Source: Actinomycetota bacterium | GTDB taxonomy: Bacteria > Actinomycetota > Thermoleophilia > Gaiellales > Gaiellaceae | Assembly (NCBI GenBank): GCA_005885565.1 | Contig: VAXK01000053.1 | Span: 1-41,398, forward strand | Length of the DNA: 41,398 bases | Direction of reading: 5' to 3' | In this document: piece by piece, positions 7,970-15,639 of the stretch | How positions within the stretch are numbered: position 1 is the first letter of the stretch | Layout of the letters: each line of letters starts with the position of its first letter | Program-made: the position numbers and the translations under genes | Notes under the pieces: model-generated | Database searches by the model: none | What the model was told of the DNA's origin: nothing | The model's input: the letters and a program-made list of their open reading frames with translations, nothing else

Positions 7970-8210
7970 GCCGATCCGATCCTGCGCCGGCTGCGGGCGG
8001 CGGGCGCCGAAGCGCGAGCTCGTCCGCTTCGTCGCGCGCGACGGGGCGCTGACCCCGGGGCCCGTGCTCGAGGGGCGTGGCGTCTACACGTGTCGCCGCC
8101 TCGCGTGCTTCGAACGGGCGGCCGCGAATCGCGGCTTCGCCCGCACGCTCCGGCGCACGGTGAGGATCGATCCGACGCTGACCCGGCTTTACACTGGTGT
8201 CGATGGCTGA
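7959..8210 (+). CDS. ylxR: YlxR/DUF448 family RNA-binding protein (start uncertain, CTG candidate)
   Basis: 'IRSCAGCGRRAPKRELVRFV...GRGVYTCRRLACFERAAANRGFARTLR' is the YlxR signature between nusA and infB. There is no in-frame ATG/GTG/TTG after 7710. CTG 7959 lies 8 nt after AGGAGGAGGG. Confidence 0.7.
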   Translation: MPSEPIRSCAGCGRRAPKRELVRFVARDGALTPGPVLEGRGVYTCRRLACFERAAANRGFARTLRRTVRIDPTLTRLYTGVDG

Positions 8211-10164
8211 CCGTCCGAACAGACCGATGCGCCCGCGCGGCGGCGCGGGGGGACCCGGCCGGCGCCGCCGGGTCGTGATCGACTCCGGCGCGGCGCGCCC
8301 GCGCGACGGGCGTCAGGCGCGCGAGCAGCGTCAGGATTCGCGGCCGAAGGAGCGGCGCGAGGTCGTCCACCCGACCGGGCCGGTCACGGTCGAGTCGGGC
8401 GTGTCCGTCCGCGACCTGTCCCAGGCGCTCGGCATCCCGGCGGCCCAGATCATCAAGGTCATGATGAACCTGGGGAAGATGGTCCAGATCACGCAGTCCC
8501 TGACGGACGACGAGATCGAGCTGATCGCCACCGAGGTGAACCGCGAGATCACCATCAAGCACATCGCGGACGAGGACGAGGAGCCGGAGGTCTACGAGGA
8601 CAGCGAGGCCGACCTCGAGGAGCGCCCGCCGGTCGTCACGATCATGGGCCACGTCGACCACGGCAAGACGACGCTCCTCGACGCGATCCGCCAGACCGCC
8701 GTCGTCGAGACCGAGGCGGGCGGCATCACGCAGCACATCGGCGCCTACCAGGTCGACCACGACGGGCGCCGCATCAGCTTCCTCGACACTCCCGGTCACG
8801 AGGCCTTCACGGCCATGCGCGCCCGCGGCGCGAAGGTGACGGACATCGCCGTCCTCGTCGTGGCCGCCGACGACGGCGTCATGCCGCAGACGCGCGAGTC
8901 GATCTCGCACGCGCGCGTGGCCGGCGTCCCGATCGTCGTGGCGATCAACAAGGTCGACCTCCCGGAGGCGAATCCCGACCGTGCGCGGAACGAGCTGGCG
9001 CAGGAAGGTCTCCAGCCCGAGGAGTGGGGCGGGACGACGCAGTTCTCAGAGGTCTCCGCGAAGGCGAAGACCGGCCTCGACGACCTGCTCGAGAAGGTCT
9101 TGCTGGTCGCGGACGCCGAGCTCGAGCTGAAGGCGAACCCGAAGGCCGAGGCGTCCGGCCCGATCATCGAGTCACGCCTCGACGTCGGCCGCGGCCCGGT
9201 CGCGACGATGCTCGTCCAGCGCGGCACGCTCCGCGTCGGCGACGCGGTCGTCGCCGGCGACGCCTGGGGCAAGGTGCGCGCGCTCTACACCTTCCGCGGC
9301 GATCGCGTCCGCGAGGCGCGGCCGGGCGAGCCGATCGAGATCCTCGGCTTCGACAAGCCGCCGCCCGCCGGCGAGCTCTGCCGCGTCGTCGAGAACGAGC
9401 GCCAGGCACGCCACCTCGCGAACGTGCGGGGCGAGCGGCTGCGCCGCGAGCAGCTCGCGCAGCAGGCGAAGACGGGGCCGACGCTCGAGACCCTCTTCGA
9501 CGAGATGCAGGCCGGCGGCGTCCAGGACCTGAACCTCGTCGTCAAGGGCGACGTCGACGGGTCGGTCGAGGCGGCCGTGTCCGAGCTGCAGAAGATCCAG
9601 CACCCCGAGGTGCGGGTGAACGTCATCCACACCGGCGTGGGCGCGATCTCCGAGAACGACGTGAACCTCGCATCGGTGTCGAACGCGCTCGTCGTCGGCT
9701 TCAACGTGCGGCCGAGCGCCGAGGCGCGCGCGCTCGCCGAGCGCGAGGGCGTCGACATCCGCACCTATCGCGTCATCTACCAGCTCACGCAGGACATCGA
9801 GCAGGCGCTCGTCGGCATGCTCCGGCCCGTCGAGACCGAGGAGGCGCTCGGCGAGGTCGAGGTCAGGCAGCTCTTCCGCGTCTCGCGCCTGGGCACGATC
9901 GCCGGCTGCTACGTCACGCGCGGCGTCGTCCGCCGCGGCGCCCGCGCCCGGATCGTCCGCGACGGCACGGTCATCCACGAGACGACGATCGCGCAGCTCA
10001 AGCGCTTCAAGGACGACGTGCGCGAGGTGGCCGAGGGCTTCGAGTGCGGCATCCTCCTCGAGGGCTTCAACGACCTCCGCGAGGGTGACGTCTTCGAGGT
10101 CTTCGAGACCCGCCAGGTCGAGCGCACCGACCTGTCCGAGAACCCGGCGCCGGCGCCGGCGTAG
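8197..10164 (+). CDS. infB: Translation initiation factor IF-2
   Basis: GTPase motifs 'GHVDHGKTTLLD', 'DTPGHEAF', 'NKVD', plus the C-terminal IF-2 domains. Start is GTG 8197 or ATG 8203. Short Arg-rich N-terminus. Confidence 0.95.
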   Translation: MSMADRPNRPMRPRGGAGGPGRRRRVVIDSGAARPRDGRQAREQRQDSRPKERREVVHPTGPVTVESGVSVRDLSQALGIPAAQIIKVMMNLGKMVQITQSLTDDEIELIATEVNREITIKHIADEDEEPEVYEDSEADLEERPPVVTIMGHVDHGKTTLLDAIRQTAVVETEAGGITQHIGAYQVDHDGRRISFLDTPGHEAFTAMRARGAKVTDIAVLVVAADDGVMPQTRESISHARVAGVPIVVAINKVDLPEANPDRARNELAQEGLQPEEWGGTTQFSEVSAKAKTGLDDLLEKVLLVADAELELKANPKAEASGPIIESRLDVGRGPVATMLVQRGTLRVGDAVVAGDAWGKVRALYTFRGDRVREARPGEPIEILGFDKPPPAGELCRVVENERQARHLANVRGERLRREQLAQQAKTGPTLETLFDEMQAGGVQDLNLVVKGDVDGSVEAAVSELQKIQHPEVRVNVIHTGVGAISENDVNLASVSNALVVGFNVRPSAEARALAEREGVDIRTYRVIYQLTQDIEQALVGMLRPVETEEALGEVEVRQLFRVSRLGTIAGCYVTRGVVRRGARARIVRDGTVIHETTIAQLKRFKDDVREVAEGFECGILLEGFNDLREGDVFEVFETRQVERTDLSENPAPAPA

Positions 10165-10175
10165 ACGCAGGGCGG

Positions 10176-10300
10176 CTCGACCGGTCGTTTCAGACGGCGC
10201 ACCGCAAGCGGTGCCTTAGCGGCGCCCGCGTAGGCAGAGGCGGGTCGACCGGTCGTTTCGGGCGCCCGCCTAACGCGCCGGTCTGCGTCCGACCGTCGGT
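10176..10300 (+). repeat. Intergenic structured repeat, composite locus (copies 2a/2b plus a degenerate inverted remnant)
   Basis: tcgaccggtcgtttcagacgg is joined directly to the gcaccgcaagcggtgc hairpin (10177-10216). A second tcgaccggtcgtttc sits at 10245-10259. A degenerate reverse-orientation core is at about 10281-10297. Confidence 0.7.
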
Positions 10301-10311
10301 GCCGCGGCAGA

Positions 10312-10620
10312 ATGGTCGCGATGGGCATGGGTTACGTCGCCATCCTCTCGGTCGACCTGCACTTTCCCGAGGCGGGCTCCCTGAAGGGGAAGCGCAAGTT
10401 CGTGCGCTCGGCGAAGGCGCAGCTCCAGAATCGGTTCGGCGCGTCGGTCGCGGAGGTCGACCACCACGAGCTGTGGCAGCGCTCGCGGCTCACCGTGGCG
10501 TGCGTCGCCCGCGAGGCGCGGGAGGCGGAGCGGCTGCTCGACGAGGCGGAGCGCTACCTGAACGGCCAGCAGTGGGAGCTCGGGCCGCGCACGCGGGAGG
10601 TGGTTACCCTCGATGGGTGA
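10312..10620 (+). CDS. DUF503 (YlxP-like) protein
   Basis: 'VAILSVDLHFPEAGSLKGKRKFVRSAKAQLQNRFGASVAEVDHHELWQRSRLTVACV' is typical DUF503, in the conserved slot between infB and rbfA. Alternative starts at ATG 10321 and 10327. Confidence 0.8.
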   Translation: MVAMGMGYVAILSVDLHFPEAGSLKGKRKFVRSAKAQLQNRFGASVAEVDHHELWQRSRLTVACVAREAREAERLLDEAERYLNGQQWELGPRTREVVTLDG

Positions 10621-10954
10621 GCGCATGCGACGGGTCGACGAGGCGGTGAAGGAGGTGCTCTCCGAGGGCATCGGCGAGCTGAAGGACCCCCGGATCGGCT
10701 TCGTCACGGTCACCGGCGTCCGAACGTCAGCCGACCTTCGCCACGCCCGCGTCTTCGTGAGCGTGCTGGGCTCGGAGCGGAAGCGCGAGCGGAGCTTGGA
10801 GGGACTCGCCGCCGCGCACGGCGTCCTCCAGGCGCGGCTGGCGCGTCAGCTGAGAATGAAGCGGACCCCCCAATTGGCCTTCGAGTACGATCCCTCGGTC
10901 GAGCGTGGGGTCCGCATGACACAACTCATCGATGAGCTCGCCGGAGACGAATGA
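10613..10954 (+). CDS. rbfA: Ribosome-binding factor A
   Basis: 'RRVDEAVKEVLSEGIGELKDPRIGFVTVTGVRTSADLRHARVFVSVLG' is the RbfA signature. Start overlaps the DUF503 stop. Confidence 0.9.
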   Translation: MGERMRRVDEAVKEVLSEGIGELKDPRIGFVTVTGVRTSADLRHARVFVSVLGSERKRERSLEGLAAAHGVLQARLARQLRMKRTPQLAFEYDPSVERGVRMTQLIDELAGDE

Positions 10955-11936
10955 TCTCGCCGCGGTCGTAAAAGCCCTTCGCTCGCACGACCGCTTCGTC
11001 GTAACCACGCACGAGAACCCGGACGGCGACGCGCTCGGCTCGCTCCTGGCCGCGAAGCTCGGGCTCGAGCAGCTCGGCAAGGACGTCGTGATGACGCTCC
11101 ACGGCGACGCTCCGCTCCCGGGCGAGTACGCGTTCATGGCGCTCGAAGGGCTCCGCCGCGACTGGCCCGAGGACGCGGAGAGCCGTGTCCTGCTCGCCGT
11201 CGACTGTGCGAACGAGACCCGGATCGCGGATCCGTCGATCCTCGAGCGTGTGCTGCTCGTCGTCGACGTCGACCACCACCACGACAACACGCGCTTCGGG
11301 GGCGTGAACCTCATCCATCCCGGGGCCTCGTCGACGGGCGAGGTGCTCCGGGACGTCTTCCGCGAGCTCGGCGTGCAATTGACCCCCGAGATCGCCGAGG
11401 CGCTCTACATCGCACTGGTGACCGACACTGGCCGCTTCCAGTACACGAACACCACCCCGAAGGCGCTGAGGCTCGCCGCCGAGCTGGTGGAGGCCGGCGC
11501 CGACGTGCACAGAATCTTCCAAGGCGTCTACGAATCGGTGCAGTTCGCGAAGCTGAAGCTCCTGGCGCGAGCGTTGGATCGAGCCCAGGTCTTCGAAGGG
11601 GGAGCGATCGTGGTCTCGTACCTCCTGCGCACCGACTTCACGGAGGTGGGCGCGGCCGAGCCGTATTCCGAGGGGATCATCGACTACCTCCGGGCGGTCG
11701 AGGGCGCCGAGATGGCGGTGCTGATCCGCGAGCCGCCGCGCCGCGACGGCGAGGGGCCGACCCGGCGCGTCAGCCTGCGCTCGAGCGTCGACGAGCTCGA
11801 CGTCTCCGCGATCGCCCGGCGTTCGGGGGGCGGCGGGCACCGGCAGGCGGCTGGCTTCTCCAGCGACGCCTCGGTCGAGGAGATCACCGACTTCGTGCGT
11901 CGCGAGTTCGCAGCGACCGGCCGGTCTGCCGCTTGA
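10932..11936 (+). CDS. nrnA: DHH-family phosphoesterase (NrnA-type oligoribonuclease/pAp phosphatase)
   Basis: Motifs 'HENPDGDALGS', 'VDVDHHHDN' and 'GGGHRQAAGF' (DHH/DHHA1). Position after rbfA is typical. Confidence 0.85.
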   Translation: MSSPETNDLAAVVKALRSHDRFVVTTHENPDGDALGSLLAAKLGLEQLGKDVVMTLHGDAPLPGEYAFMALEGLRRDWPEDAESRVLLAVDCANETRIADPSILERVLLVVDVDHHHDNTRFGGVNLIHPGASSTGEVLRDVFRELGVQLTPEIAEALYIALVTDTGRFQYTNTTPKALRLAAELVEAGADVHRIFQGVYESVQFAKLKLLARALDRAQVFEGGAIVVSYLLRTDFTEVGAAEPYSEGIIDYLRAVEGAEMAVLIREPPRRDGEGPTRRVSLRSSVDELDVSAIARRSGGGGHRQAAGFSSDASVEEITDFVRREFAATGRSAA

Positions 11937-11956
11937 CGCGGGGGGTGACGACGGAC

Positions 11957-12031
11957 CCGACCGGTCGGTTCAGACGGACGCGCAGGCGGAGCCTGCATGT
12001 CCTGACGGCGGCACCGCAAGCGGTGCCTTAG
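11957..12031 (+). repeat. Intergenic structured repeat, copy 3 (most complete, forward orientation)
   Basis: ccgaccggtcggttcagacgg, then hairpin gacgcgcaggc-gga-gcctgcatgtc, then ggcaccgcaagcggtgcc-ttag. It abuts the truB GTG at 12032. Confidence 0.75.
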
Positions 12032-12694
12032 GTGCCTCCTCGCGGGCTCGAGCCGTCGGGCGTGATCCTCGTCGACAAGCCTACGGGGCCGTCGTCGTTC
12101 GCCGTCGTGCGGCAGGTTCGGGCGCGAACGGGTGCGCGCACCGGCCATACGGGAACTCTCGACCCTTTCGCGTCGGGTTTGTTGGTTTTGTTGTCCGGAA
12201 GAGCAACTAAGCTGATGCCGTGCTTCGTCGGACTGGACAAGCGCTACCTGACGGACGTCGCGCTGACGGCGCGAACCTCGACCGGCGATCCCGAGGGCGA
12301 GGTCGTCGAGGAGCTGGAGCCGCCGTCGGAGGACGAGCTCGAGCGACGGCTCGCGGGCCTCCGGGGCGAGATCGAGCTGCCGATCCCGGCCGCCTCGGCG
12401 GTCAAGATCGGTGGTGAGCGCGCCTACAAGCTGGCCCGCCGGGGGGTCGCCGTGGAGATGCCGCTCCGCCGTTCGCGTGTCGACGCGCTCGACGTCATCG
12501 CGTATACCGGAGACACCGTCCGGCTCGATCTCCGCGTCAGCTCGGGCACGTATGTGCGTGCGATCGCCGACGCATTAAGCGGGCATTGTCGGACGCTCCG
12601 CCGGACCGAGGTCGGTCCCTTCGTCGTCGAGGACGCCGACCCGGAGCTGGTGATCCCTCCGGACGAGGCGCTCGCGGCCCTCGACCGCCGATGA
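12032..12694 (+). CDS. truB: tRNA pseudouridine(55) synthase TruB (short form, 220 aa)
   Basis: 'GVILVDKPTGPSSFAVVRQVR...GHTGTLDPFASGLLVLLSGRATKL' with the catalytic Asp motif. Stop lies in an ATGA overlap with ribF. Confidence 0.9.
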   Translation: MPPRGLEPSGVILVDKPTGPSSFAVVRQVRARTGARTGHTGTLDPFASGLLVLLSGRATKLMPCFVGLDKRYLTDVALTARTSTGDPEGEVVEELEPPSEDELERRLAGLRGEIELPIPAASAVKIGGERAYKLARRGVAVEMPLRRSRVDALDVIAYTGDTVRLDLRVSSGTYVRAIADALSGHCRTLRRTEVGPFVVEDADPELVIPPDEALAALDRR

Positions 12695-13566
12695 GGATCG
12701 CCAGGGCTCCGGAGGAGCTTCCGGACGGTCGCCGTGCCGTCGCGCTCGGCACCTTCGACGGCGTCCACCTGGGGCACCGGCGGGTGCTCGACATCGCGCG
12801 GGCGAGCGACGGACTCGTCTCGACGGCCGTGACGTTCTGGCCGCATCCGCGGACAGCGCTCGGCAACCGCATCGAGCTCCTCACGTCGCTCGAGCGACGG
12901 CTCGAGCTGCTCGCGGCGGCCGACCTCGACGAGGCGTTCGTCGTCGAGTTCTCGCCCGACCTCGCGCGGCTGACGCCGGAGCAGTTCGCGGAGCGGGTGC
13001 TGCGCCCGATCGGGACGGAGATCGTCGCTGCGGGAGCGAACTTCCGCTTCGGCCGCGGGCGGGCCGGCGACCTTGACCTGCTCGCGCGACTGGGCTTCGA
13101 CGTGCGGCCGGTGGAGCTCGTGGACGGCATCTCGTCGTCGGAGATCCGGCGTCTCCTGCTTGCCGGCGAGGTCGAGCGCGCAGTAGAAGCGCTCGGGCGG
13201 CCGCCGGAGGTGGAGGGAACGGTGGTCGCGGGCGATCAGCGCGGCGGGACGCTGGGCTACCCCACCGCGAACCTCGACGTGGACCCGGCCCTCCTCGTGC
13301 CCGCATACGGGATCTATGCCGGCGCCGCCGACGGGAACCGCGCCGCGATCTCGATCGGGACCAACCCGCACTACGGCGGCGAAGAGCGCCGGGTGGAGGC
13401 GTTCCTCCTCGACTTCGAGGGCGACCTGTACGGACAGCGGCTCGTCATCGAGCTCTGGACCCGGCTTCGCGAGGAGCGTGCTTTCGCGTCGGAGGCCGAC
13501 CTCGTGGAGCAGATCGGACGCGACGTGGAAGCCGCTCGCCAGGCCGTGCGCCCGCACGTCAGCTAG
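12691..13566 (+). CDS. ribF: Bifunctional riboflavin kinase/FMN adenylyltransferase
   Basis: 'VALGTFDGVHLGHRRVL' (FAD synthetase) and 'GDQRGGTLGYPTANL...YGQRLVIELWTRLREERAF' (riboflavin kinase). ATG 12691 gives a normal N-terminus. Confidence 0.9.
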   Translation: MRIARAPEELPDGRRAVALGTFDGVHLGHRRVLDIARASDGLVSTAVTFWPHPRTALGNRIELLTSLERRLELLAAADLDEAFVVEFSPDLARLTPEQFAERVLRPIGTEIVAAGANFRFGRGRAGDLDLLARLGFDVRPVELVDGISSSEIRRLLLAGEVERAVEALGRPPEVEGTVVAGDQRGGTLGYPTANLDVDPALLVPAYGIYAGAADGNRAAISIGTNPHYGGEERRVEAFLLDFEGDLYGQRLVIELWTRLREERAFASEADLVEQIGRDVEAARQAVRPHVS

Positions 13567-13602
13567 GCGCAAGTTTTCGCAAATTGCGGAGTCCTTACCT
13601 AC

Positions 13603-13839
13603 GTGGAGCGGAACGCGCTGTCCCAACACAGCCTCCGCGTCGTCGAGAGCGTCCGGTGCCTCGAGTGCGGCGCCGTGTATGCGAAGCCGGCGGGAGGCGG
13701 AACGGTGCAGGCTAATCCGGGCTGCCCGGAGTGCGGGTACGTCGGCTGGGTGGCTACCGAACGTCCGGAGAGCCGGCCGGCGCCGGCGTCGCAGCCGCAC
13801 CGTTTCTTCGGGGGTCGCCTGCGCCGCCGGAGCGCGTGA
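13603..13839 (+). CDS. Small zinc-ribbon protein (hypothetical)
   Basis: GTG start with GGAG 11 nt upstream. 'CLECG-x22-CPECG' is a CxxC...CxxC pair. Its 3' 86 nt overlap the convergent ggt-like gene. Confidence 0.4.
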   Translation: MERNALSQHSLRVVESVRCLECGAVYAKPAGGGTVQANPGCPECGYVGWVATERPESRPAPASQPHRFFGGRLRRRSA

Positions 13840-15142
13840 GCACGCTCACGCCGCCGAAGTAGTGGTGGCGACTCTCCCAGACGCGGACGTCGAGCCCGCG
13901 TGAGCGAAGCGCGTCGAGCGCCTCGTCGCTGAGGCCCGGCTCGGCGTTCGCGAGCCGCCCGACCGGGTGGAAGCGCGGCCGCGCGACGGCCTCGTCGGCG
14001 CTCGCACCCTCGTCGAGCACACCCGCCAGCACGGTCAGGAGCGCCGTGCGGAGCCGCGTCCCTCCGGCCGCGCCTGCGGCGATCGCTATCCCGTCCGCGT
14101 CGTGCACGAACCCCGGCTCGAGCGGGCCCTGCACGAGATCGGCCTCGCCGAGCATGCTGTTCAGGTGCAGGTCGAGGCCCGGGAGGAAGTCTCCAGAGCC
14201 GAGGCCGAGGCTCGTCGTCAGGACGCAGACGCTCCCCCGAGCGTCCGCCGCGACGAGGTTCGTCGTGTCCCCGCCGCCCGTCGGCGCCGTGGCGTCGCCC
14301 AGCGCGTCGAGGATCGCGAGCACCCGGGCCCGCTCGCCGTCCATGCCCGCGCCCCGGAAGCGCTCGAACGTCGCCGGGAAGCCGGACAGGCCGCGTCGCG
14401 TGTCGACACGACGACCGAGGAAGCGTCCCTCGGCCGGAGAGCTCCAGATCGCCTCGTAGGCGTCGAGGTCGGCACACGTGACGAGGCCGCCACGCTCCGC
14501 CATCAGCTCGAGCAGCGCGGTTGCGAGCGAGCCGCGGTAGACGCTGCCCGCGCCTTCGGCGGCGACGATCTCGAGCGCCGCTACGAGGCCCGGCTGGCGC
14601 AGGATCGAGTCGGAGCCCAGAAGCTCGCCGCCCGGCGAGTAGATCGAAGCGCCCTCGTTCATCGTCATCACCGGCGCGAGCATCGCGAGGCAGGCCGCGT
14701 GGGCGGAGGGCAGGAGCGTCCCCGCCCGCGCGAGGCGAAGCGCCGGCTCCACGAGCCGCGGCCACGGCAGCCGACCGTGCGACCGCCACAGCGCGTCGAG
14801 CCCGGCGGGAAGCCCCGGGACGCCGCACGAGGCCGGCCCCACCGCGTAGTGGACGAGCTCCGCGCCGAAGGGGACGTCGAGGTGGAGGAGCTCGGGCTCT
14901 CGCGGCTCGGCTCCCAGGCCCGGGACGGCCACGAAACAGTCCAGGTTCGAGGCGCGCCCCGACTCCCCGTCGAGGTAGATCGCATGTCCGCCTCCGAGCA
15001 ACCCCGTCATGACCGTCTCGGCGACGCAGGAGGCGAGCGAGGCCGCGACGGCCGCGTCGGCCGCCGTCCCGCCCTCCTCGAGGATCTCGATCCCGGCCTC
15101 GACGGTGGCCGGATGGCCCGCTGCGAGCCCGGGACGGAGCAT
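13754..15142 (-). CDS. ggt: Gamma-glutamyltransferase family protein
   Basis: '[25 protein letters not shown]', '[28 protein letters not shown]' (nucleophile Thr motif) and '[11 protein letters not shown]'. No signal peptide. Confidence 0.85.
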   Translation of the reverse strand: MLRPGLAAGHPATVEAGIEILEEGGTAADAAVAASLASCVAETVMTGLLGGGHAIYLDGESGRASNLDCFVAVPGLGAEPREPELLHLDVPFGAELVHYAVGPASCGVPGLPAGLDALWRSHGRLPWPRLVEPALRLARAGTLLPSAHAACLAMLAPVMTMNEGASIYSPGGELLGSDSILRQPGLVAALEIVAAEGAGSVYRGSLATALLELMAERGGLVTCADLDAYEAIWSSPAEGRFLGRRVDTRRGLSGFPATFERFRGAGMDGERARVLAILDALGDATAPTGGGDTTNLVAADARGSVCVLTTSLGLGSGDFLPGLDLHLNSMLGEADLVQGPLEPGFVHDADGIAIAAGAAGGTRLRTALLTVLAGVLDEGASADEAVARPRFHPVGRLANAEPGLSDEALDALRSRGLDVRVWESRHHYFGGVSVLTRSGGAGDPRRNGAAATPAPAGSPDVR

Positions 15143-15236
15143 CGTTGCTACCCTAGTCGCCGGCCGCGACCTCGGCCGCAGGCGTCCTTCCTTCGCGGCG
15201 CGCTGGGATCGCGGGGCCGTCTACCAGGAGGTCTTG

Positions 15237-15506
15237 TTGACCCTCACCAAGGAAGCGAAGCAGGAAATCATCTCGAAGCACGGGCGCAGCGAGACCGATA
15301 CGGGCTCGGCGCAGGTTCAGATCGCGCTCCTCAGCACACGGATCAACGAGCTCACCGAGCACCTGCGCGCGCACCCGAAGGATCACTACTCACGGCGCGG
15401 GCTGCTGAAGCTCGTCGGCCGCCGGCGCCGGTTCCTGAACTACTTGCAGCGGAACGACCTGGAGGGGTATCGCGGACTGATCAAGGAGCTCGGTCTGAGG
15501 CGGTAA
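15237..15506 (+). CDS. rpsO: 30S ribosomal protein S15
   Basis: '[68 protein letters not shown]'. TTG 15237 lies 6 nt after AGGAGG (TTG 15234 is an alternative). The ORF-track start at 15009 is a shadow extension. Confidence 0.92.
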   Translation: MTLTKEAKQEIISKHGRSETDTGSAQVQIALLSTRINELTEHLRAHPKDHYSRRGLLKLVGRRRRFLNYLQRNDLEGYRGLIKELGLRR

Positions 15507-15559
15507 AAATCTATGCACGCCCAAGCCAGACTGACGTCTGGCACGGGATTTACGTCTAC

Positions 15560-15634
15560 GGAGGGTGGAAGTTTGAGCGAGTCACGCCGCCCGCGTGGCT
15601 GACTCAAACCTCCACCTTCCACGAAGAGTGGAGG
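15560..15634 (+). promoter_or_regulatory. rpsO-pnp intercistronic long hairpin plus SD-complementary segment
   Basis: 15560-15586 pairs with 15595-15620 over about 26 positions, with one mismatch, a 2x2 internal loop and G-U pairs. CCTCCAC (15609-15615) is complementary to the pnp SD GTGGAGG (15628-15634). Confidence 0.6.
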
Positions 15635-15639
15635 AATAC

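Noticed and set aside
15143-15236. A possible S15-binding autoregulatory leader upstream of rpsO (small hairpin ggccg-cgacct-cggcc).
   Set aside because: There is only a 5-bp stem and no recognisable pseudoknot or three-way-junction mimic. I cannot distinguish it from random GC-rich pairing without comparative data.
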